A DNA stretch of 64,000 nucleotides from Chrysomallon squamiferum (taxonomy: Eukaryota > Animalia > Mollusca). Shown here piece by piece: positions 14,101-28,086 of this stretch. Below the pieces are notes generated by a model. It worked only from the letters and a program-made list of their open reading frames with translations. It was not told the origin of the DNA and ran no database searches. Where the stretch lies: the NCBI GenBank assembly GCA_012295275.1, contig CM022670.1, positions 31,310,001 through 31,374,000 of the forward strand, read 5' to 3'. The position numbers were made by a program, and so were the translations under genes. Position 1 is the first letter of the stretch, and each line of letters begins with the position of its first letter.

Positions 14101-17100
14101 GTTCAGTGTTGCCAAAATCAAATGAATGTCAGAAGTTAGAGATCTCATTAAAAAACTGCATGTTTTGTACACCCATACATCTAACATTCCTTCAGAAGCT
14201 TGCTTGTCTAAGAATTTAGTTTGTACACTGAAATTGTAGTGAACTGCTTCAGGTATTAATTAACAATACTAGAACCATTTCTAAAGTTTATAAAATTATG
14301 GTTGTTTTAAAGTTTCCATGTGATGTCAGAAGAAGTGATTAATTTCATTTGCTGAATTTCAAATTGATAGATTTTATTTTTAATGCTGATAAAAAAATTT
14401 CGGTTGTCTTTGATTTAATGTAATAATCACTTTTTAATTTTTTTATTTTTTGTTTTTATTTCTATACTTTATTTTAAAAGAAACAGGAACTTGAAATATG
14501 AAGATTTAATAATACATTAACACAAATAATGCAACAACAATAAATAAAATAATAAATAATAATTTCAGCTGCTTTATTTAACATTTGAGTGTTTACTGTA
14601 TCATGAAAATATCACAGTGCCGTTATTGACTAAAGAATAATAATTAAAAAAAAGAAATTTAGTGGTTGTTTGTATTTATTTTCCGATTACGGTGGTTTGG
14701 ATTTTTTTTTTTTTTTTTTTTTTTTTTTGTGTTTGTTTAAACAATAATAAAGTTTTTGCATTTCATAAATTCAGAATGGTATGTGAACTGTTCTTAGACT
14801 AATCATTATCAGATTAGGTTACTGAACCGTAATGAAATGTCAGGTATTAAAATGGGTAGCAAGAATTTTATTTAATATTTCTTTAACTAGTTCTGATTTT
14901 ATTCCTTTTTATTTTAACCCTTACAGGACCCAAAACTGCAATGTCTGGCTTATGCAGCAGTCGGAAAAATTGCTAAGAAGTCACCTGCTCGGGTTACAAA
15001 AGATCTCACTTTAGCACAGGAGTTTTTTGATGCACTGAGTCAAGTAAGTATTGGAAATACCGTATATACTTGTGTATAAGTCGAATTTTTGGGAGACTAT
15101 ATTAAGGTAATATTTTGGGGGTCGACTTATACATAGGTAATGCTTTTGTAGCTGTTGCTGAAGAGTCGCCATTTTGACTATTTTTTGCTACGGGAAGCAT
15201 CTAAAATAATCGCGGTCTTTCAGCTTTTCAAAAATATAATTTTATCGTATAAAAAATTTTGAAAAATTAAATAACAAAACCAAATATGAAGGTAAAACAT
15301 GATATTCTTCCGTTTAATGACATAAAAATACATTTTAAAGCAAGAAAACCGCCAGTACGGCGTTATGCCTTACAGCGTCTTGCAATGATCTAGGAATGCA
15401 GACTTCTCTGCCAAATTGCACTAAATATCGGTCCTAATTTCATAAACAAAACACTTGTGTAATTGTAAAGAATTTGGTGAAATAATATTGCAATCGTCAT
15501 TAATATCCACTACCGACAAATCGACTAAATATAACGGTAAGTTAGGTCTCCATGTTAGACCTATTACATTAAAGATTTACTATTTATGATACTATAGCTC
15601 GTGTGATACATGCATTTGCGTTATTATGGTATGTTCGTGCAAGTTATGTTACAGTAGGCGTACAATGTAGGCCTTCATGGCACTGTCACACTGGTCTAAA
15701 AATAGTGACGGTGCCTGGAATCTACAGTCGACTTATACACAAGTAATACCTAAAATGACGCAATTTTTTGTCTTAAAATACACATCGACTTATACATAAG
15801 GTCACCTTGTACACAAGTATATACGGTAACTAAAGATTAGTTTGTTAATTTTCATTTTCTGAATTTTATGTGGAAAATAAACATTTACGGTTAGGATATT
15901 GACAAACTTAGTGAGGTTTTATTTTTGAAAATAAACTTTTTTATTATTAACCAGTCACATTTGAAATGAAATGAGCCATCTTATTCAAGTAATTGCATTG
16001 TGGTTATTAAGATGCCTGCAGTGTATTTAATGGCAATAGATATTCCCAATGGCAAACAAAACCATTGCATGCTTTAATATTAAGTTAAAATTAAAAAATG
16101 TATGTTTTTAATAGGAAGATTCAGAAACCAGACTTGCAGTTCAAGAGGCATTGTCCATGATGTGTGAAGCTTTCAAGAATCTTGATGAAACCAACAAGAA
16201 ACTGATGGAAGCCCTAATCTTACAGAGCATAGAAAAGGTGAGAGGACTAAATATTAATGTATTGTGATAAGTTGTTAGGGTTTTGGAGATAAGGTTTAGG
16301 ATTTAATAAGGTAATATAAATGATTTTTTATATAATAAAAAAAAAGAATGCTCCATCATATTTTTGGTATTTGAAGATGACATTCCCAAAAAAATGTGAT
16401 TTATTTATTTATTTATTCATTTATTATTATTGTTGTTGTTGTTGTTGTCATCATCATCATTTTAATACAGAATGGATGTTTATAAAACTTCACTAGTTTC
16501 TAAATTGTAGAAAATGCCTACACTAAAACAGATTGTCTTTAAACATATGTTCTTGGGCTTCTTTCACAGATCTATTTCAGTTTATTTTTTATTTTTTTCA
16601 TTTCAGCCAGAACCACAAGCCCGTCTCATTGCAGTTCAGTATGCCAAAGTTATTTTTCCTCCTGATCATGTCCCATCGAGATATGTACTCCTGATTGCTG
16701 CTGGAGATTTGTATGTATTTTTGTGTTTGTTTTTTGGTGTGTTTATATTATTGGTTTTTTGGGGGGGTAGCCTTTATGGTGCAGTACTGCAGTTTGATCC
16801 TAAAATAACATTCTCAGGTTTATTTGATTTTACTGCAATACTTACTGATACACAATGCAAAACAATTATAAAACTTTAATTTATTATTATGATTATTTAA
16901 GATGAACATTCGTTTTTGGTTGTTTACTTGTTACCTAAGAATTTAAATAAATTAAATGTTTTTGGTTTTTTACTTGACAGAGATTTGGAATTTATTATTT
17001 TTTCTGTTTCTGTTAACCATATAGTCTTTTATAATGAACATCATACATGTCTTTTGGTAAAGTTATTCAATCATCAATTCACGAACTAACAAGTATTGAC

Positions 17101-18807
17101 ATAACAACAAATAATAAATATCACCACACTAATTATTCGAATTAAGTCTAGCGTTAACACTGTAAGTGTCATGGGAAAATGTTTAGATCAGCAAGATGCC
17201 ACTAAATATTGCATTAGATATAAAATTCTGCCAAACATAAATTTATGATTTCATGAATTAATTCAATGGAGAATGTCAGTGAAATCGGGATTTTTATAAA
17301 TGCTCTCCTGAAGAGTGGCTTGAGCAAAACACAGTATGAGATATTTCTACAGTTAACCTTAGTACCAACTTTAGGAAGTTAATAAAAAGTATTTTTTTAT
17401 TTATTTTATATATATATATAAACACACACATATACACACACACACACACATACACATAATTATTATTATTATTTTAACCCATTTATTAATTACAGAAAAT
17501 GTGATTTAGTTTTTATGCAGTATATACTGATGTAGATTATTATAATTTCAGAAAAGAAGACATCCGCAGTGAGGCTCTGAAAGGTCTGCGAGGAATCATT
17601 CAGTTAGAAAAGAATGAAAAAGAGGAAAAACAAGTCCTTTTCCCCAATTTCACTGAAATGATCAGTTACATACGAGATAAGGTATGTAATTACCAATAAA
17701 GCCTAGAACTGAATAGCTTATGTTAATTATTATTTTAGCTTTAATTAGGTCAGTTAATTTTAAGGACTCGGGGGAGGGGTCAGTAATCACAGTTACTTCA
17801 AATTTTCAATAAGTAAAAAAATACAAGCATATTAAGTTCTAAGCTACAAATACAAGCAGTAGGAAAACATTAAATTCTTAACAATATGTGCACTGTGTTT
17901 TATATTCTGATTAGTTACTATTTTTTATGACTAAATGAGAATGACTTTTGCTCTTTCAGTGGTTGATATTTTGTTATATTTTACAGGCAAATCTGAGAGG
18001 TAGTGGTTCACAGTCGTACATTTCTGGCATGACAGTCTTGCCTTTCAGTCCAAGTATTTACTATGAGGTTTGTGTGCTTTCTATTATGTAAATAATATTA
18101 CTTATTACTCAGTGATGTAGATACCCTATAAAACATTTACCTGTATTATTAAAACATATATATTTTATTAGATACATACATACATGTATATATGTATATA
18201 TATATTACGTAAAGTGTGTTGTTGCAGCATTTTGATCTTACCATTTTGATTACATTTTTGGCCATTAGATGTCAGTATATAATTTTTGTGAAATGGAGGG
18301 CCATAGCATGTACCAAGTCTAAACAGTCATTTTCTTTACAATTCCTGCTCTGCTTTCTGTTGTTTTCCTGTTAATTGTTTGTCAGCTTTGGCAGGAATCT
18401 GTGTCAAAAAAATATAGTTTATGAGGCTTAATGTTCAAAGTAATGGTGTCATTAAGATAAAAAAAATGTAAGTGATTTTTAATGTAATAGTAACTAGATT
18501 CTTTTGAATCAAACCTTTGCATGTTTTTGTTTTCTAGGTGATGTTGTATCTTCGAAAATGTTTGCTCTTTTCTGCTAATGTAATTCCCAAAAACGATAAA
18601 ACTACAATGAAGAGCCAGGCTCCCAGAATCTCCAGATCGTCAACCAGCTTCTAAATGAGCACACTGCTGAAAGTGGACCAATACAAAGATATGTTGCAAT
18701 GCTCAGACAATTATTGTCTTGTTCCACCAGTTAGTGTTTCTTTTATAATTTTAATTTAATTTTTTATTATTATTATTTATTATTGTTATTATTGATGTTA
18801 TTTTATG

Positions 18808-18844
<37 letters not shown>

Positions 18845-20728
18845 TTTTAAATTTATTATATTTTCCTCTCCCTCCCTCCATTTTTGTTGTCTTCAGTTTG
18901 CAATTTTAGAAATTGTTGAAAAAAGGAAATCAGAACATAAAAATCAATTAATATTTAACAGAATAATCATTTTAAAATAATAATCATGTTACGTTAAGAA
19001 TACAGGAAATATTTGTTTTTATTTATTTTTATTATCAAGGTTTTTTTATTTTCAGCTCCTGAGGTGATGTACTGTTTGCTGGAAGTCACTGCTGTGGCTT
19101 CAAATGTTCTTGCTCCCATATTTGTTAAACATATAGACTGGATAAAGGTAACAATTAGTATACATCTGAATGAGTTTCCATTAATTAGTTAAAAATCAGC
19201 AAAACATTGATTCTTAATCAATTAATGACATATCTTATTGTTCTGATTTTCATTTCTGTTTACTTGTCATTTGAGTAAACCTTAAGATATCATAACTTTA
19301 TTAATTTATCAAGGCCTTAATAAAAGCACTTTTCATCATATGTTTTGATTTCTTTTTCTGCCATAGATCTTGTCAAAATCATATTGCATCTGATTCATAT
19401 ACTAGAAATAACCAATACGAGAAAAATAGTGTGAAAAAAAGCCTAGATATAAACTATAAAGATTCTCATTTTTGTCTTTTATTGTGTCAGATATTTCCAG
19501 AATTTTGATATTTTTCATTTTTATATCAATTAAACTGCATGGTGTTTTTAACATTTCAGACTTTTATTTCATCAAGTAAAGATGACATTCGTGATGCAGC
19601 AGCAGAACTTTTTGCCATTGTTATCTTGTATTCTGGACAGGATGAGCTGATCCAAAATGCTTTGCAGGAGTTTACATCAAATCTTGAAAACACGGTATTG
19701 TTTGGAATAATACTGACCTTTTATTTAAAATATATACCACATCTTCAACATAATATATATTTTGACATAGTTACCACTAATTTGTCTTTATTTATAATTC
19801 TTTCAGTCTTTGGCAGTAGGGGCAAGAATTTCATGTTATATTGTCTTGAAATTTTATAACTTGTAATTAAAAGATCCATTCGTCTGAATTGTATTTCTTT
19901 TCTTTCTTTCTTTTAGTTATTTATTTATTAATTTATTATTGTTATTTTATTTTATTTTATTTTATTATATGTTAGCGGTTTGGCTACAGCTTTATTCTTT
20001 CAGTAGATTTTAATCTCAGTGAGCAGAGATAGAATTTTGAATATTAACAGTTTAATATATTTTTTGGTGTAGCTGAGGAATTGATGTTTTTGTTTATTTA
20101 TTTGTTTACACAATTTTATATATTTGTTTTTATAAGAACATGGAAAAACATGGGCCACTTCTAGGACTGGGCCATCTCATTGGTCAGTTGATGAGGAAGA
20201 AATCCTGTCAAATGGAAACAGATTCTGTTAACACACTGGAAGGACAAATCAACAAATCTGTTATGACCATTGGTAAACTTTAAAAAAAAATTATTTCTAA
20301 TTATATGACGATCATGTGTCTAATATTTAGTACAGATATAAATTAATCTAAAATATTTTTTTTAATATGTAGATATGTGTGGTGGTGGTGTAAAAAACAA
20401 CATTCTTGGAATCCTCATTAAAATCAATTAAAAATATGATGAATTTAATATTTCTGAGAAATTAAACTGAATAAAAGAAATATTTTCTGCAGTTACCTGT
20501 TTCTCATTTACTTAAATTATTGTTACAATAAATTGAATAATAATAAAATAACTGCTCTTTACTTATTATCAAACAATTTATTGATTTCATTATCCTTTTG
20601 GTTTAATTAAGCAAAAAATATTGTCTCTTTTTGAAAGCTAAATATCCTGATTAGTAAACAAATTTCAACAGTAAAATTTTTATTTTATGTTCATAATCGG
20701 GAATTTTTATTGTTGTGGTTTTTGTGCC

Positions 20729-20770
<42 letters not shown>

Positions 20771-23700
20771 AGGTAGGGATATTTATTTTATTTTGTTTTG
20801 TTTTGTTTTATTTTCCCAGCAATCATGATTAAGACAAGTGAACAAAGTGTGTTGTCATCAGCTTGTTTAGCTCTTGGAGAGATCAGTCGAAATGGAACCT
20901 TGCCGCTTGCTGATGGTAATGACTCTGATGAAGACTGGAAAACAACAAAGCTGTCATTAGTGAAGAAACTTATCAATATTATAGAATCCAGCAAGGAAAC
21001 CACAAAGGTAAGGAAAGGTAAAATATGATAAGCTAAATATACAAAGCTTGTTATGATTTTGCACTTATGTAAGTAATGTATATTTATAATGATTATACGA
21101 TTTCCTACATTTTGTTTTTAAGAAAAAGGAAAAGAAAAGAATCTGCATGTTTTAGATCTGGCATGTTTTCTTTTTTGTTATTATAACATTTTATTATTAT
21201 TATTAAAATGTTATTCTTAAACAAAAATTATAATTAAAACTACTGGTTTGTAAATAATTTATTATATAATAAAACATATTTCTAATCACAGAGTAATTAT
21301 AGAAATATATGTGTGTTGTTTCAGGTGAAGGAAAGAGCAGTTATATGTTTGGGTTACATGTGTGTTGGTGATGCTGATTTCCCACACAGACAGAAGGTTA
21401 TTGAAAGTCTTCTTGAAGCTGTTCAGGTATGTTAGAATGTCTGATGATAAAAAGTTATAGGAGTAAATAAATGAAGGTCTTTGTATCAGTTAAATGTTCT
21501 GAAAAGAATTTCTAATACTGGTGACTGCTCCATATAAATCAAACTGTTTAAAGAGCGTGCTATAAAATATTTGCATGGGAGAAAAATTGCCTTTACTGTT
21601 TTTGTTACTTTGCTCATAGTTTCAACTGTTTAAAATTTTAGGATAAGCAAGTGGAACTTCATTTCACACTGGCGGACTCACTTGTTTGTGCTGCTCTGGG
21701 TTGTCGCTCACCAGCAGCTCGCAACTTCTGGACACAGACTGAAGAAGAATTTGCTGTGAGTGAATTTATAAATATCTCAACAAATAAAGAATTTGACAAT
21801 AAATGATAAGCATCTAATAGTCTGTTAGTAGTAAATGAAAAAATAAATAATTATTTTTTTAATCTTTGGTAACAATGATTGTTAGCTTATGTTCTGAACC
21901 AAAATTTTTTAAGAATAAAATTTTGGTTCAGATTATAAAAATATTTAATGTTTAACTGTCCTTTCTTTCACCATAAACAGATCAAAATATTCTAATTATT
22001 TCTGTTATTTCTAATAAAAATATACAAATACCAAGTATTTGACATTATATTGATATGTTACAGATGACAGTTAAAGACAAGAAGGATGATGTGCAGTGGT
22101 ATTTGAACAAACTACTTAACATCTATGTATCTCATGCCAATCCACATCTCAGACAGGTAATTTTCTTATATAATACAATTTAGTATAATTTCTTGTACTC
22201 TTTTACTTTTTATTTATTTATTTATTTATTTTGTCATGGATGAATAGACATTAATGTTAAATACTTTATTTTCATGCTGTCACTGACATGAATTCTCTAG
22301 TGTATAAAATTTACAACATAATTTTTCATACAATTTCTCTATTTCTTTTTTTTTTTTAGAATTTGTTTTCGTTCATGAAAAAATAAATACTTGTGTTAAA
22401 ATTAATGATCACTGCAAATATTTTGAATACTTTATTGTTAGACTATTATATGTGTTCTGTTTTATAATGAAATTAATTGTTTGGGTTAGAGTTTCTGTTT
22501 CTGATAAATAATATTACTAATAGTGTGCTTTCTACAATTTATAGATTTTTGTTATATCTTATGGTTGTTTCATTGATAGTAGTTCCAAACATTATTTGTA
22601 ATAACAAGATTTATTATTTAAGAAGTAAAAAAATCATTTCTAATTTTTGTGGTTCATTTCAGGCTGCATGTATTTGGCTGTTGGCACTTGTAAAACAATG
22701 TGGATCTCACAAAGCATTACAGGACAACATAAAACAAGTTCAAAGAGCTTTCATGAGACTTCTGTCAGAAAATGATGGTAAGTATCTTAAGAAATGTTTA
22801 TAATTGAGGATATTTTTTACTAATATTTTTATTTATGTTATTTTGTTACTCTTTATAAGTGAAGATGTATAAGAGATTGTTGTATTTTAAAAAAAAAAAA
22901 AAAAGAAGAAGAAGATTTATGATTGAAAACTTCTGTTTTATTTTTATTATTATTTAATCATAACGTATCAGATTCACCTGTAATTTTGAATTGGTATTCT
23001 GCACCTAAACTACATCAGTGTCATAATTGTGTCCAATATTGCAAAAGGCCTGTGATTTAAATGAGGTTCTTTTATAATTATATATAAAATAAAAAATTTT
23101 TTTTTTTTTTTTTTTTTTCTTTATTCAAGAAATCACACAAGATGTAGCTTCAAAAGGTTTGGGTTTGGTGTATGAAAACTGCACCCCAGAACAGAAAGAT
23201 TCCCTTGTGTCTGAATTAGTTGACACTCTCATGACTGGCAAAAGGTTAGTGTTAAGACAGCACTGATGGTAAGAGTATTCACAAAAATTTAGTAATTATT
23301 GTTTGTTTTGCTTGTTTATTTTTTTATTTTTATTTTTTAAATACTGTTTTTAAATATTTACTTCTAGACATATTTATTAACTATTTAAAATTTATTACTA
23401 TCAACATTACTATCACTTTTTACAATTATGGTTGCTTTTTCCTAAACAAAATTTGTTGCAAGTTTACCTCTTTTTTGTGTGTTGTTGTTGTTGTTGTAAT
23501 GGGAAAAGAGGCACACAGTAGGGTTAATGATGTGGAGCAATAAAATATAAAAAAAAAAAACATTCTTTTTGTTTTTCAGACCACAGCAGCAGGTTACAGC
23601 AGACACAGAAGTATTTCAAGAAGGAGCTCTGGGAAAAACACCAGAAGGGTAAACAATTAACATTTATATATTTTTTATGTGTCATAGTTTTTAGAAAGAG

Positions 23701-25443
23701 ATAGTGTTAAATCATTTGAAAATGATTAACTGTAAGAAGAAAGTTTTAAAATAATTCCATATTTTTATTTTAAAACATTATGGAATTTGTAACAAACAGA
23801 AATCATGCTTTGGTTTATTAAACATCCTGAAATAGTTACTCCTTCCTCTGTTAATGGTAAACAATAAAATGACGCACTTCATTATGTACTAAAATCATTA
23901 ATAAATAAAATATTTTTATTGGGCTTTGTTTTTCATACTTTTTTTACATTTAATTTTATGTATCCCTGTAGTATGGGGCCCAGCACATAAGAGATGTTAG
24001 CTTTCAAGTGCTAACAACCCTCTTAAAATATGGCTCATTTCTTGTCTAGGGATTGCACCTTGGCAGACCCGCTGATTGTGCAAATAAGAAACTATAACAG
24101 TTGATTATTACAGATACATCTATTTGCATATACTATAGGTATAAACTATATATATAGTGTCAAGTATCCACTATGAACACAAAACAAAACACAATATTTA
24201 TGTTACAAGGATAATTATTTATTGGACACGTATACTTATTTAGTGATTGAGGAAATGGGACTTGGCATTAAATGAAATATTATAATTCCTGTTTCTTTAA
24301 TTTTCACTAACAGGTTATGTTAGAAATATACATAACTCAAACTCTCTATGGAGCATATACAGGTTTCATCAAATTGATCAACATAACAGAGCATACAGAA
24401 AAAGGATAACCTATTGTCCCTGCTTCAGACTTAAACAAAGATAATGCAAAAGATAATTACCAACAAAGTTGCCTAATAATGGCCACCTACTCCACAGTCC
24501 CATGTGTTCCTTCAGTGTGTTCTCTTTGATCTCTGTGGTTCTTCGTCTCACCTTTGTTTTACTTAAATAAATATATCGCAAACTTCCCTGAAGTTAGCAG
24601 AGCATAGCTGACAAAAATTCCTTTTGTCTCTCATTAACGACTAAAATGTTATGTAATTTCAATAATAAGACTACTGCTAAACTAATGGTACATATTTAAA
24701 TAATACTGTTAGAAATATTTGCAGAAATGAAAGGGTAACATTTACTTACTTTAATGATACATACATGTTAATTACAAGATGTTAGACAGTATTAAAATAA
24801 GCTATTTAGGTAAACAATCAATATGGTTCCAACATATTCAAAACCTATACTATAATAATACAACAATATAAAATATTATAATAAGTAAAAAAAAATAGCT
24901 ACCACTGAATTCTTCTAGTAGGTATAACCTAAATTGCAATCCATGGTTAGGACCAGTTTTATAAGTTAAAGAAACCCAAAAGATATTGCTGTTAAAATTG
25001 TCCACAGCTTGACTGAGGCCCTATGGTTAAAGGCCCTACTGCTTGAGATAAAAAATAAAATGGTTTACCATCATACCACAAAGATAAAAAGCAGTAAAAG
25101 CCTTCATCATGTACATACAATTACTCAAATGTCTTTGTAAACAATATTGATAACAAATTTTCTACATCAAAATGTTTTGTTTTGTAGGAGCAGTTTATCA
25201 ACATATAAAGAACTTTGTGCTATTGCTAATGATTTGAACCAGCCAGATCTCATTTACAAGTTCATGCATCTTGCCAATCACCATGCTATGTGGAACTCTA
25301 GAAGGGTGAGTACGCATTTTAGTATTTCTTGTATTAACAGCAGGTGTATTGTTTTACCGTAATAAGCTACTTTTTGTAGGAATTTCTATTTTTACCATTT
25401 TCATTTTTTTTAAAGCTAATATATGATGTGAGATGGTTTTTAC

Positions 25444-25486
<43 letters not shown>

Positions 25487-28048
25487 GTGTAGGCAATTTT
25501 GTTCTGTAAAGGCTGTGGGATTTATTTACTTATAATAGATTCATCTAAAACAGCATACAAATTCATTTAAAGAAGCATATAAATAATCTGAGTTTAATGT
25601 TTAATTTACAGTAAAAATAAACATAAACCTTTGTTTTAGGTATTCATTTGATAATTTCTACCAAAGCATTTATATATAGATTAGACAGATAGATAGAACT
25701 TAATTTTTTATTTACTGCAGGGAGCAGCGTTTGGATTCAGTACTATAGCAACACAGGCAGGAGAACAACTTGCTCCATACCTGCCTCAGATTGTACCAAG
25801 ATTGTACCGCTACCAGTTTGACCCCAATCCCAAGATACAACAAGCAATGAGCAGTATTTGGAATGCACTGGTGCAAGACAATAAGAAAACAGTGTGTAAA
25901 CTTTTATTTATGTAAAAGTAAATTTTAACTTAACATTTTGACTGGTGACTCATAATGTGACTTCTAAATATACAATTTTGTTGATATAACATGATTTTTA
26001 AAAGAAAAGTAACAAGAAAATTTCACTCACTGAAAGCCACAAGGTAAAATAGGCAGAAAGTCAATAAGTATTATCAGCATAATTTCAAAATGTAATATAA
26101 TTTAAATGAGTTATTATACGTATCTTCTTTAATAAAAAAATTCAATTTATGTAAGTGTATCTTTTATTTTTGGGTTAGGTTTTTTCAAATTTTATTGTTG
26201 TTGTTTACTGAGGAGGAAAGTGGAGCAATATACTTGTTCTAATTATTCTTTTCTTCCTTTAGGTTGATACTTACATCCAACAAATTGTTGCTGATCTGAT
26301 AAAAAATCTCATAAGTAACCAATGGAGAATACGAGAATCAAGGTTAATTTAGCTTCTATTTAATAATTTAATCTATTCTCATAATTTATTTTATACTACT
26401 CAAAAACAACTTCAAACTAATTTTTTATTTAAGTATCACTGAATTTCCATACATTTGATTTATCCATCTTGGATATATTGTTTTTAAAACTGTCAGCATT
26501 TAGTGATAATTATCTTTTATGGTTAATATGTTTGTTCTGAATAATATATTTGGAATTCATTATTATTATTATTATTACTACTACTATTATTCAAAATGAG
26601 AGTAACACGAGTTTTTTGGGAGGGGGTTTCTTAACTTTATTATTAGTTTTAGATATATATCAATATGAATTTATTGCACAATATTTTAGTAATTTTCAAG
26701 TTATGGTCCAAATTATTAATTTTTTTTTTACCTGTGGCTAATAGAGAGATTTCTGTTTGCTATATCAGTTGTTTAGCCCTTACAGATCTACTCAGAGGTC
26801 GACAGATGGATGACATTGTTCACTTGTTACCTGATCTGTGGGAAACTTGTCTCAAAGTCAGAGATGATATAAAGGTAATTACATATTAAATTAATCAAAA
26901 TGGTCAGAATCTAAAAGTAATGAAAAATTGTTTTGATTGCTGTGAATGCTATTAATTTTTTTTATAATATTCTTATTTTTATAAGCTGTAAATTATGTTT
27001 TGATCAAATAATGGCATTAAAACAATTTTTTTAAACCATTAACCATTTAATAATGAAGAGTGCATGATTAACGTAAGTTTTGAATAGACAATGTAAATCT
27101 ATTTGGTTTATTTTATTTTGCTGTTTTCAAAAAGCAGATGTGTTTATACGTACACTTACACATGCACACACATTTTAAAGCATAAAACTAATATTTGTGT
27201 TGAAAATTTCAGGAATCTGTGAGAAATGCAGCTGACCAAGCATGCAAAGCTCTTAGTAGGGTGAGACTATAATTATAAATGATATTTTGGTAATAATGGG
27301 TGCAAGCTTCTTAAATATCTTGAATGATTAGATTGTAAAAAAAATACATTAAAAAGAAAATTAATCAGCAATTAAGAAAAAAAAAAAAAAACATGCTTGA
27401 AATTTTTATATCGCACAATTGTTTTTTTTTGTTTTTTCTTTTAATAAATAGCAAATTCCATTTCCAGCCATTTACTTAACACCTATTTTCACTGCTGTGG
27501 TAAATAATTTTTTGTTTGTTTACAGTTGTTAATTGTTTTGGGGATGTTTTGTTTTTAGTTTTGATTCCAAACATATCTAATTTATTTCAAGGCATTCTTC
27601 TTTTTTTTTGAATTTTTTTTTTTTGTTTCTTTTTTTCTTATCTTCTTTTTTCTGGTTTTTTTTTTAATATATTTTTTTTGTATAATAATGTGATAAATTC
27701 TTTCATCAAAGATGTATTAAAATAAATTGTAATTTTTATTTATCATTCAGGTGTCAATTAAGATCTGTGATCCTAGTCATGGCAGTATTGGTGAAAAAGC
27801 AACAAGTATTATGTTGCCTTGTCTTCTCAATAACAGCATTCAGAGTACTGTACCTGAAGTCAGGGCCATTGGGTAAGTTGAGGCACTTAATTGAATGTTA
27901 AACTTTCTCTATGTTAAATCAATTACCCCTGATTCAAAATTAAGTAATAATTAAAGTTTTTTCAGTTTGTTTTTAATCTTTAATTTTAACCATTAAATTT
28001 AATAACAAGATAACAAAAATTGTTCATTTTGAAATTATATATCTATAG

Positions 28049-28086
<38 letters not shown>

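Noticed and set aside
18538-18729. Calling ECM29 a pseudogene or a programmed ribosomal frameshift
   Set aside because: There is only one lesion in 49 otherwise intact exons, and no slippery heptamer or obvious stimulatory structure at the shift point.
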